Shown piece by piece: positions 32,435-41,509 of a DNA stretch of 64,000 nucleotides. The stretch lies in contig QGUN02000003.1 of the NCBI GenBank assembly GCA_003242475.2, forward strand, positions 245-64,244, written 5' to 3'. The notes beneath the pieces were generated by a model, which had not been told where the DNA came from, made no database searches, and saw nothing but the letters and a program-made list of their open reading frames with translations. Source of the DNA: Pseudomonadota bacterium (GTDB lineage Bacteria; Myxococcota; Myxococcia; Myxococcales; Vulgatibacteraceae). A program made the translations under genes and the position numbers. Within the stretch, counting starts at the first letter, position 1, and each line of letters opens with the position of its first letter.

Positions 32435-34517
32435 CCTCCTGCTGGAGATCGGCACCGAGGAGATCCCGGCGGCCTTCTTCCCGCGCTGCCTGGACGATCT
32501 GGCTTCGCTGATCCGCAAGGGCCTGAAGGAAGCACGGCTGGAGCACGGTGAGGTCCGCACCTACGGCACGCCGCGGCGGCTCGCCGTGCTGGTGCACGAC
32601 GTGGCCTCCGCCCAGGAGGACCGGGTGGAGGAGGAGATCGGCCCGCCGGTCCGCGTGGCCTTCGACGCCGAGGGCAGGCCCACGCAAGCGGCGGAGCGCT
32701 TCGCGCAGAAGGTGGGTGTCGCCCTCGATGCGCTCGAGCGCCGGCAGACGCCCAAGGGCGAGTACCTGGCGGCACGGGTCGAGGTGAAGGGTCGACCGGC
32801 GCTAAAACTCCTCCCCGACATCCTCGTGGAGGCCATCCGGTCCATCCCCTGGAAGAAGAGCATGCGCTGGGGGACGGTCCAGGAGGCCTTCGCCCGGCCA
32901 ATCCACTGGATCCTGGCGCGTCACGGCGAGGCGATCGTCGACTTCACCTTCGCCGGCGTTCGCAGCGGCGGCACCACGCGCGGGCATCGCTTCCTCGCCA
33001 ACCGCGAGATCGAGATCCGTGCGCCCGCGGAGTACGTGGAGCGGCTGCGGGAGGCGGAGGTGATCGTCGATCCCGCCGAGCGGCGCGAGACCATCCTGCA
33101 CCTGGCGCGCGAGACGGCGGTGCGTGCCGGCGGTCGGCTCGAGGAGGACGAGGCGCTCCTCGACGAGATCACCTGGCTGGTCGAGCTTCCCGTGCCGGTC
33201 CTGGGCACCTTCGACCCCGCCTTCCTCGACCTGCCACGCGAGGTTCTCGTCTCCGAGATGCGGGAGCACCAGAAGTATCTGGCGGTGACCGTGGGGGATG
33301 GGGACAGGCTCCTTCCCGCTTTCGTGGGGATCGCCAACACGCGCGTGCGCGACCCCGAGGTGGTTCGGCGCGGCTACGAGCGGGTGCTGCGCGCCCGGCT
33401 CTCCGATGCGCGCTTCTTCTTCGACGAGGACCGCAAGGTTCCCCTCGCCGAGCGCGTTCCGCAGCTCGATCGCGTCACCTTCCAGCAGAAGCTGGGCTCG
33501 GTCGGCGACAAGGTTCGTCGCATCCGATCCCTCGCGCTTTACCTTGCGGAGCGCCTCGGGCTTTCGGCGGCGCAGCGCGCGCACGCCGAGCGCGCGGCCG
33601 AGCTCTGCAAGGCCGACCTCGTCACCGGCATGGTCGGGGAGTTTCCCGATCTGCAGGGCGTGATGGGACGCGAGTACGCGCGCGCCAGCGGGGAGCCCGA
33701 GGAGGTGGCGGTGGCGATCTTCGAGCACTACCTGCCCCGCGGTCAGCAGGACCGCCTGCCGAAGACGGACGCGGGCGCGGTGGTCGGGATCGCCGATCGC
33801 ATCGACACCATCGTCGGCATCTTCGGGATCGGCAAGCCGCCGACGGGAGCGGCCGATCCCTTCGGGCTGCGCCGCGCCTGCCTGGGCATCGTCCGCGTCG
33901 CGCTGGAGAAGGGCTACCGCTTTTCGCTCGGTGAGCTCGTCGACCGCGCGATCGACCAGCTCTCGGAGCGCATCACCCAGCCGCGCGACGAGGTGCGCGC
34001 GCAGGTTCTCGACTTCTTCGCGGGACGGCTGCGCAGCCACTTCGCCGAGGCGTACCCGGTCGAGCTCGTCGACGCGGTACTCGCCGCCGGATACGACGAG
34101 CTGCCGCAAATGCAGGCGCGCCTTTCGGCGGTGGCCTCGCACCTGGGCGACGAGAGCTTCCGCGGCCTGGCGGAGGGATTTTCGCGCACCAACATCGTGG
34201 AGAAGGCGCCCGGCTTTCAACCCGGACCGGTGGACGTTTCGCTTTTCCAGGCGGAGGCGGAGCAGGCGCTTCACCAGGCCTTCGTGCAGGTTCGCGAGCG
34301 CGTGAGCGAAAGCCTGCAGAGCGGCGATTTCTCGCGCGTGGTGAAGGTCTTCACCGAGCTGCGCGAGCCTCTCGACCGCTTCTTCACCGAGGTGATGGTA
34401 ATGGTCGACGACCCCGCCTTGCGCGAAAATCGCCTGCGGCTCCTCCACGAGATCCGCTCCCTCTTCGGCAAGGTGGCGGACTTCGGCCGGATGGATCTGC
34501 GGAAGGCGGCGGCGTGA
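32424..34517 (+). CDS. glyS: Glycine--tRNA ligase beta subunit
   Basis: [12 protein letters not shown]...YGTPRRLAV...GGTTRGHRF...[13 protein letters not shown]. Overlaps glyQ by 11 nt. Confidence 0.93.
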
Positions 34518-35893
34518 TGCGAAGAGGGCTGGTCTGGCTGGCGCTTCTCTGCGCGGCATGCGCACAGGAGATCGACGAGGGCGATCCGCTCCCCGAGGGC
34601 CGTTTCCACTATCCGACCGGCGTGACGCTGACGCCCGAGTTGGAAGGGCTTCCGCAGCGCCTGCTCGTCGTCTCCTCCAATACGGACCTGCGCTACCGGG
34701 CCGGCCGCGTGCACGCCTTCGATGCCGCTGCCCTGGACGCGCTCGTCGACGGGGCCACCGGCGGCTGTGAGGGCGCGGATTGCCCCGTCGTGGAGATCTT
34801 CGACCTCGAACCGGCCCTGGTCGGCAGTGTGGAGATCGGCTCGCTGGCCGGCGAGATCGCCGCCACCGCTCTCGACGGAGCCGGCCTGCCTCCCGTTCGC
34901 GCTTTCGTTCCCATCCGCGGCACGAGGACCGTGGTCGCGGTGGACCTGGACGCGGCGGGGATCCGCTGCGCGGAGCTGGACGGCGACTGCCGGGAAGGCG
35001 GAGCGGGATTCGCTCGGGAGGATCCCTTCGTCGTCGTCGCGCACCTGGGCACGGTCTTCGTCGGGCACGTCACGCTCTTTCGCGACCGGACCGGCGCGCT
35101 GGGCTTCGCTTCGGCCGCCGCCGACTTCTGGCGGACCGGGGGAGGTGCCCTGACGGCGATCGACCTCGGCCCGACGGCGGTGGGCGGCCTGGCGGTGGGC
35201 AACTGCCGCGAGGAGGGAGGGGAGCAGACCTGCACCGTCTACGTGAACGGCCGGTCGGGCGGCGACGCGCAGCGCCTCTTCGCCCTCGACTTTTCGGCGA
35301 ACGCCGTGCTCGAGAGTCCTCTTTTCTCGCGGAACGTCGGCCCCTTGCAGCGCGGCGCGGATTCCCGCGGCATCGCCGTCTCGCCGGCACGAGAGCGCGC
35401 CTACCTCGCGCAGCGCAACCCCGACGCCCTGGCCATCGTCGACGTCTCGCGCATGCCGGAGCTCCCCTCCGACGGCTGCATCGTCCCCGAGGGGGTGGAG
35501 TTACCGCCCGACGCGGGCTGTCCCGACCTGCCGCCTCCGACCGGAGAACGGCCGGCCTTCGCGCCCATCGCCCTGAGCCCGGCGCCCGGCCGGCCCATCG
35601 CGGCAGCGGTGATCGAGCGGGCGCCCGCCGGTGAGGCGAGCGATCTCGTGGTGCTGGCCACGACCCGTTCGCTCGCCTTCTTCGACGGCGCCACGGGCGC
35701 TCTCGTCGGCAACGTCCCGGGGATCGGCAGCGGCCCCGCGGCGATCGCCGTGCGGCAGCGCGGCGAGGGATTCCGCCTCTACGTCCCTTCCTTCGGCCGC
35801 TCCACCCTGGCCGTGATCGATCTCCCGGACCCCTTCCGGCCCGATCAGGCGCGGCTCGTCGCCCAGCTCGGCCGGCCGCGGGAGGACTCGTGA
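34514..35893 (+). CDS. Putative lipoprotein with beta-propeller-like (YVTN-type) repeats
   Basis: Signal LVWLALLCAAC. Recurrent GIAV / LYV / LAVIDL style blades (SRGIAVSPARERAYLAQRNPDALAIVDV; GPAAIAVRQRGEGFRLYVPSFGRSTLAVIDL). Its start overlaps the glyS stop. Confidence 0.6.
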   Translation: MMRRGLVWLALLCAACAQEIDEGDPLPEGRFHYPTGVTLTPELEGLPQRLLVVSSNTDLRYRAGRVHAFDAAALDALVDGATGGCEGADCPVVEIFDLEPALVGSVEIGSLAGEIAATALDGAGLPPVRAFVPIRGTRTVVAVDLDAAGIRCAELDGDCREGGAGFAREDPFVVVAHLGTVFVGHVTLFRDRTGALGFASAAADFWRTGGGALTAIDLGPTAVGGLAVGNCREEGGEQTCTVYVNGRSGGDAQRLFALDFSANAVLESPLFSRNVGPLQRGADSRGIAVSPARERAYLAQRNPDALAIVDVSRMPELPSDGCIVPEGVELPPDAGCPDLPPPTGERPAFAPIALSPAPGRPIAAAVIERAPAGEASDLVVLATTRSLAFFDGATGALVGNVPGIGSGPAAIAVRQRGEGFRLYVPSFGRSTLAVIDLPDPFRPDQARLVAQLGRPREDS

Positions 35894-37944
35894 TGCGCCG
35901 GAGGATCTGGTTCCTTCTCGCCCTGGCGACGGCCGCCTGCGCCGAAGAGGTGATCCCCTCCTTCGGTGACCTCCAGACGCCGGTGGCCCTCGCGGTCCAT
36001 CAGCCCTCCGGGCGGGTCCTCGTCGCCTCGCAGGACGCCGACGAGCTGCGCGTCTTCGACCTGGAGTCGCGCGAGTACCTGGCGGCGCCGGCCGTCTCCT
36101 TTCCGCTCTCCATCCCCACCGTGCCGAGCCCGCGGCTCCTCGTCGCCGGCGAGCGCTTCGCCTTCGTGGTCTCGGGGGCCGACGGCGCGGTCGGCTTCGT
36201 GGACGCGGTGGTGCCGCCCGGCGCCTTCGGGCCGCGCAGCGTGGACGACGACGAGGGGCGTCCGGTGGCCGTCTTCGGCGGCCTGCTCCCGACCGCGGCG
36301 CTTCCCCTCGTCAGCCCCCACCACTACGCCGAAGGCCTGGGCGATCACGCCCTCGTCGGCGGACTTTCCCTCGACGGGACGGGCAGCCGGATCGTCGTCG
36401 TTCGCCCTCCCTTCGAAGGGGTGGAGCCGGAGGTGGTGGCCGAGCTCGACCTGCCCGGGATCGGGCTGGCGGGGCTGGCGCTCGAGCCCGCCTTCGAGGG
36501 CGACGTGCCCGATTGCCGCGCCGTGGCCATCGCCGACCTCGGCGGGCCCGGCGGGGAGGGCGGGGGGATCCACCTCGGGCGGGTACGGGTCGAGGCCGAC
36601 GGCAGCGTAGCGCTGGAGGCGCCGGCCGAGCGGATCGAGGTACGCGTGGAGGTGGTGCTCCCCGACGGCTCGGTCGAGGAGCGCGCGGCGGCGGTGCGCG
36701 CGGTGGAATTCGCCCCGGTCCGTCCGGCTCCCGACCTCGCCAGGGCGGTGGCCGCCGACCCTTGCGTGCTGCGCTCGGGGCGCCTCTACGCCATCCTCGA
36801 CCGCGCCCACTGCGGCGGGGCGGCGGTCTGCCCGAACTTCGCGGTCATCGACCTGCCCTCCGGCGCGCTGGCGACCGACCGCAGGGACGGCGGCGCCGCC
36901 GCCTACGAACTGCCGGGGGCTCCCCTGAGCCTGCTGCGCATCGACGGTCCGATCCAGGTCGAGGGCGCCTTCGTCGACGCCGTCGTGGAGGAGGACGGCC
37001 GGCCCGAGCTGCGCTCGGAGCCTGCCGGGCGCATCTTCGGCCTCGTCCTCGTGGCCGGGAGCGACGGGAGCGTGACCTTCGTCGCGGGCGGCATCGGCAC
37101 CACCCTCACGGGGCCCGGCGGGCGCCGTCCCTCCGATCCCGCCTTCCTGCTCGACGCCGAGAACGCCGTTCCCGGCATCACCAGCGGCCCGGTCCGCATC
37201 GATCGCCGGGCCACCGTCTTGCCGCGGATCTCGTTCCCGCCCGAGGCGCGGCCGCGCGACGAGGAATGGACCGCGGCCTTCGAGGGGCCCTTGCCGGGGC
37301 TGGCCAACCTCGGCGGACCGGCGAATCTCGTCGGCGATCGCTTCGAGCTTCCCGCGTCGAGCGCGCAGGATTTCGTCATGCCGCTGCCCGTCCTCGCCTC
37401 GGAGGATCCGGAGGAGGCCGACCGCCTCGTCCCGCTGCAGTCGACCGCGGTCGAGCCTTCCTGCGACGGCTTCCCGGTGGTGGGGGTGGAGGAGGGCGGC
37501 CGCGCCCTGCGCGTGCGGCGGGACGCGCCCGGCTTCTCCAACCCTCCCGAGTGCCTGGAGGGCAACGTCTCCTTCGCCATCCTTCCGCCGCGCGCCCGGC
37601 CCTGGACGCTGACGGGGAGCCGGACCGGCTTCGCGGGGCGGGCGCCGGCCGATCCCGGTCTGCGGCAGCAGGTCCGCTTCGGTCGTCGGCTTCTCTTCGA
37701 GTTCCAGCCGCCCGAGGAGGCGGTCGAGCGCGGCGCCACCTTCCGCTGGACCACCAGCTCCGGCTTCACCTTCCTGCAGGTCTCCCGCTCGTCGCTCTTG
37801 CTTCCGGCCTCGTTGGCCCTTTACCGGCTCGGCGATGCGCAGGACGTGCGGGTGATCGTCGCCTTCAGCGGCTCGGACGCGATCGCGATCTTCGACCCCG
37901 CCGTCCCGCCGACGCCACGGTCGGGGCTGGACGTCTATCGTTGA
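35890..37944 (+). CDS. Putative lipoprotein, beta-propeller-like; related in style to the preceding gene
   Basis: Signal IWFLLALATAAC. N-terminal blade PVALAVHQPSGRVLVASQDADELRVFDL. Overlaps the previous gene by 4 nt. Confidence 0.6.
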   Translation: MMRRRIWFLLALATAACAEEVIPSFGDLQTPVALAVHQPSGRVLVASQDADELRVFDLESREYLAAPAVSFPLSIPTVPSPRLLVAGERFAFVVSGADGAVGFVDAVVPPGAFGPRSVDDDEGRPVAVFGGLLPTAALPLVSPHHYAEGLGDHALVGGLSLDGTGSRIVVVRPPFEGVEPEVVAELDLPGIGLAGLALEPAFEGDVPDCRAVAIADLGGPGGEGGGIHLGRVRVEADGSVALEAPAERIEVRVEVVLPDGSVEERAAAVRAVEFAPVRPAPDLARAVAADPCVLRSGRLYAILDRAHCGGAAVCPNFAVIDLPSGALATDRRDGGAAAYELPGAPLSLLRIDGPIQVEGAFVDAVVEEDGRPELRSEPAGRIFGLVLVAGSDGSVTFVAGGIGTTLTGPGGRRPSDPAFLLDAENAVPGITSGPVRIDRRATVLPRISFPPEARPRDEEWTAAFEGPLPGLANLGGPANLVGDRFELPASSAQDFVMPLPVLASEDPEEADRLVPLQSTAVEPSCDGFPVVGVEEGGRALRVRRDAPGFSNPPECLEGNVSFAILPPRARPWTLTGSRTGFAGRAPADPGLRQQVRFGRRLLFEFQPPEEAVERGATFRWTTSSGFTFLQVSRSSLLLPASLALYRLGDAQDVRVIVAFSGSDAIAIFDPAVPPTPRSGLDVYR

Positions 37945-37972
37945 GAGGCCAGCGGGAAGGGCGGCAAGGCGC

Positions 37973-39937
37973 TTGCACCAGAGGGTGCACATGGCGCCCG
38001 ATCTCCTCCCCGTCTTCCTCGTCGTCCTCGCGGCCTCGGCTGCGTCCATCGCGGTCTACACGGACCTGAAGGCCCGCCGGATCCCCGACTGGCTCACCCT
38101 GCCGACCCTGGCGACGGCGCTGCTGGGGCGGCTGGCGATGGCCGGAATTTCGGGCCCCCTTGGCCTGCTCGACGGGCTTCTGGGCCTGGCTGTCGCCTTC
38201 CTCGCCTTCTTCCTCCTCGCCCTCGGCGGCGGGATGGGGATGGGCGACGTCAAGCTGATGGCGGCGATCGGGGCGATCCTCGGCTGGGAACGGACGCTGT
38301 ACGCCCTCGTCTTCGTTTCCCTGGCGGGCGGCGTCCAGGCCATCGCCTGGACCCTGCGAAGCGGGCGACTCCTCCAGACCCTCGTCCGCTCGCTCAGGCG
38401 GCTCGTCCGGCCCTTCGCGCGGCCGGAGAAGGACGAGGGGCAGTACCTCCCCTACGCGGTGGCGATCGCCGCCGGCACGCTGGCCACCTTCCTCTTCCGC
38501 GGCTTCGCTCTTCTTCTCGCACTTTTCGTCGCCGCGGGGCCTCGCTCGGCCGCGGCGGAGTCGGTGATCCATCTCGGCGTCGGCACGCAGAAGGTCCTCA
38601 AGATTCGCGGCGGCATTCAGCGCATCGCCGTCGGCAATCCGGAGATCGCCGACGTGCGGCCCCTGGGGGACGGCGAGATCCTCGTCGTGGGCGTGCGCGA
38701 GGGAAGGACCACGCTGCTGGTCTGGCGAGCCAGCGGCGCTCGCGACAGCCACCTGGTGGTGGTGCGCAAGGTTTCCACCGAGGACCTCGCCGACGAGGTT
38801 CGGGCCCTCCTCGGCGAACGCGAGGGACTGGTCGTTCGGGCCGCGGGGGAACGGGTGATCATCGACGGCGAGGCCTATACCCCCGAGGACCACCGCCGCG
38901 TGCAGGCCGTCCTCGAGCTCTACCCCGACGTCCGCTCCATGGTCCGGGTCACGGAGCACGCCCGCAACCTCTCCGTCGCGGAGATCAACCGCGAGCTTCG
39001 GAGGGCCGGGCTCGGTCACGTGGTGGCGCAGGCGATCGGGGGAAGGATCGTCCTCGAAGGCCACGTCGAATCGGAGGTCGAGAAGCGCAAGGCCGAGCTC
39101 GTCGTCGCGGCTCTGGGCGAGACCGCCGAAAACCTCGTCCAGCTCGGCCTGCGGCGCATGGTCCTGTCGGAGGTGCATTTCCTCGAGGTGCGACGGTCGA
39201 AGATGCGCCAGCTCGGCATCCGCTTTCCCTTCGACGTCGCGGGCAGCGCCGCGGCCGCCACCGCGATCCAGGGGAACTTCCCGGTGGACGGCGGGGGCCG
39301 CGTCACCGTCGGCAGCTACGAGGCGCTGGTGGAGGGCACGGGGCAGTGGTCGCTTCGCATGGCGGTCGACAAGGGATTCGGCCGCCTCCTCGCCCAGCCC
39401 ACCCTGGTCTGCGCCTCGGGCGAGGAGGCCGAGTTCCTCGCCGGCGGCGAGGTGCCGCTGCCGCTCATCACCCAGAACAGCAATACCGTCGAGTATCGCA
39501 AGTACGGCGTCGTCTTGCGGCTGCGGCCCACCGCCGACCGCAACGGAAACATCGTCACCGAGATCGAGGCGGAGGTCTCCGAGCTCGATCGCTCCGTCGC
39601 CGTCGCCGTCGGTCCCAACGTCTCCGTCCCCGGCTTTCGCAACCGCTCGGTGAAGACCTCGGTGACCGTGCGAAGCGGCGAGACCATCGTGCTTTCCGGC
39701 GTCTACACCCTCGACGAGCAGAAGAGCGTCTCCAAGGTCCCGCTGCTCGGCGACATCCCCATCCTCGGCGAGCTCTTCAAGCAGCGCACCACCGACGACA
39801 CCGAACGCGAACTGCTCATCTTCGTCACGCCTCGCCTCGTCAATCCGGAGAGCCGGGAGGTGGTCTCCGCCATCGAGCGGATGCGCGAGACCTACGAGGC
39901 GGGCGAGCGCGAACTTGGATTCGGAATCCTCGACTGA
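37973..39937 (+). CDS. Single ORF joining an A24 prepilin peptidase (CpaA/TadV-like) to a CpaC/RcpA-type secretin
   Basis: Residues 1 to about 175 carry YTDLKARRIPD and GGGMGMGDVKL, the two Asp motifs, with multiple TM segments. An internal signal-like segment GFALLLALFVAAGPRSAAA-ES follows. Next comes a pilus N-terminal domain (VIHLGVGTQKVLKIRGGIQRIAVGNPEIADV). Then a secretin core (LAQPTLVCASGEEAEFLAGGEVP...VPLLGDIPILGELFK...ERELLIFVTPRLV). There is no stop and no ATG/GTG/TTG at the junction. Confidence 0.8.
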   Translation: MHQRVHMAPDLLPVFLVVLAASAASIAVYTDLKARRIPDWLTLPTLATALLGRLAMAGISGPLGLLDGLLGLAVAFLAFFLLALGGGMGMGDVKLMAAIGAILGWERTLYALVFVSLAGGVQAIAWTLRSGRLLQTLVRSLRRLVRPFARPEKDEGQYLPYAVAIAAGTLATFLFRGFALLLALFVAAGPRSAAAESVIHLGVGTQKVLKIRGGIQRIAVGNPEIADVRPLGDGEILVVGVREGRTTLLVWRASGARDSHLVVVRKVSTEDLADEVRALLGEREGLVVRAAGERVIIDGEAYTPEDHRRVQAVLELYPDVRSMVRVTEHARNLSVAEINRELRRAGLGHVVAQAIGGRIVLEGHVESEVEKRKAELVVAALGETAENLVQLGLRRMVLSEVHFLEVRRSKMRQLGIRFPFDVAGSAAAATAIQGNFPVDGGGRVTVGSYEALVEGTGQWSLRMAVDKGFGRLLAQPTLVCASGEEAEFLAGGEVPLPLITQNSNTVEYRKYGVVLRLRPTADRNGNIVTEIEAEVSELDRSVAVAVGPNVSVPGFRNRSVKTSVTVRSGETIVLSGVYTLDEQKSVSKVPLLGDIPILGELFKQRTTDDTERELLIFVTPRLVNPESREVVSAIERMRETYEAGERELGFGILD

Positions 39938-39964
39938 GGTCTCGACCTTTTTGCGGAGGAAGCC

Positions 39965-41506
39965 ATGGAAATCCGGATCACCGGTCCCGGCGATGCCTCC
40001 TTCACCTTTTCGCTTGTCGAGAGCGCCCTGGTGGGACGGGCCGTGGGATGCGATCTGAGGCTGGACGATCCGCAGGTCTCCAAGCGCCACGCGCGGATCT
40101 GGCTGGAGGGGGCTCGGGCGTGGATCGAAGACCTCGGCTCGCGCAACGGCACCTGGATCGACGGCCGGCGGGTCGAAGGCCCCGCGCCCATCCCGCCCGA
40201 CGCGCGCCTCTGCGTGGGGCCCTTCTCACTCGAAGTGTGTGCATCCGAGAAAGGGGACGCGGCCGAGGATCCGGTGGAACTTCGGCGGGCACTCATCGAG
40301 GAGGTGATCGCCGCCCTCGACCCGCGGCGGCTCGAGATCGAGAACCTTCCCGAGGAGGAGTTGCGCCGCCGCACCGACGAGGCCATCGCGCGCATCCTCG
40401 CCGAAGCTCGCGAAGCGATCCCGCCCTCGATCACCGTCGAGTCGCTGCACCGAGAGATCCTCGACGAGGTCCTCGGGCTGGGGCCCCTGGAGGCGCTTCT
40501 GGCCGACGACTCCATCACCGAGGTGATGGTCAACGGCCCTGCCCGGATCTACGTGGAGCGGGAGGGACGGCTGGAGCTTTCCCCGCGGGTCTTCTCCTCC
40601 GAACGCGCGCTCCTCGGTGCGATCGAGCGGATCGCCGCTCGCGTCGGACGCCGCATCGACGAGGCGTCGCCCATCGTCGACGCGCGCCTACCCGACGGCT
40701 CGCGCGTCTGCGCCATCATCCCGCCTTTGGCGCTCTGCGGCCCCTGTCTCACCATTCGCAAGTTCCGCCACGATCGGCTCGGCCTCGACGACCTGGTACG
40801 GCGGGGCACGCTCTCCGAGCCGATGCGAAGATTTCTCGAGCTGGCGGTGCGGGCTCGGCGCAACGTGGTGATCTCCGGCGGGACCGGCTCGGGAAAGACC
40901 ACGCTTCTCAACGCGCTCACCGAGTTCTTCTCCGAGGGAGAGCGGATCCTCACGGTGGAGGACGCCGCCGAGCTGCAGATCCGCAAGCCGCACTGGGTTC
41001 GTCTCGAGGCCCGGCCGCCCAACATGGAAGGAAAGGGCGCCGTCACCATCCGCGACCTGGTGCGGGCCAGCTTGCGCATGCGCCCCGATCGCATCGTGGT
41101 CGGCGAATGTCGAGGCGGCGAGGCGCTCGACATGCTGCAGGCGATGAATACCGGCCACGATGGCTCGCTGACCACCGTGCACGCCAACTCGCCCCGCGAC
41201 GCCATCGCCCGCATGGAGACGCTCTGCCTCATGGCGGGGATGGACCTGCCATCCCGCGCCATCCGCGAGCAGATCGCCAGCGCCGTTCACCTGGTGGTGC
41301 AGACCGCGCGCCTCCCCGACGGCCGGCGGCGGGTGGTCTCCATCGCCGAGGTCACGGGCATGGAGGGGGAGCGGGTGACGCTCCAGGAGATCTTCGTCTG
41401 GGACGGCGGCCACCGGGCCGTGGGCTTCGTCCCCGCCTTTTGCGAGCGCATGCGCGAACACGGAGAGGACCTCGACCTCTCGATCTTCCAGCCCGGGGGA
41501 GGTTGA
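39965..41506 (+). CDS. cpaF: FHA domain fused to a CpaF/TadA-type secretion ATPase
   Basis: FHA signature VGRAVGCDLRLDDPQVSKRHARIW...IEDLGSRNGTWIDGRRV. ATPase motifs include TEVMVNGP, Walker A ISGGTGSGKTTLLNAL, ERILTVEDAAEL, RMRPDRIVVGECRGGEA and NTGHDGSLTTVHAN. Confidence 0.88.
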   Translation: MEIRITGPGDASFTFSLVESALVGRAVGCDLRLDDPQVSKRHARIWLEGARAWIEDLGSRNGTWIDGRRVEGPAPIPPDARLCVGPFSLEVCASEKGDAAEDPVELRRALIEEVIAALDPRRLEIENLPEEELRRRTDEAIARILAEAREAIPPSITVESLHREILDEVLGLGPLEALLADDSITEVMVNGPARIYVEREGRLELSPRVFSSERALLGAIERIAARVGRRIDEASPIVDARLPDGSRVCAIIPPLALCGPCLTIRKFRHDRLGLDDLVRRGTLSEPMRRFLELAVRARRNVVISGGTGSGKTTLLNALTEFFSEGERILTVEDAAELQIRKPHWVRLEARPPNMEGKGAVTIRDLVRASLRMRPDRIVVGECRGGEALDMLQAMNTGHDGSLTTVHANSPRDAIARMETLCLMAGMDLPSRAIREQIASAVHLVVQTARLPDGRRRVVSIAEVTGMEGERVTLQEIFVWDGGHRAVGFVPAFCERMREHGEDLDLSIFQPGGG

Positions 41507-41509
41507 TGG

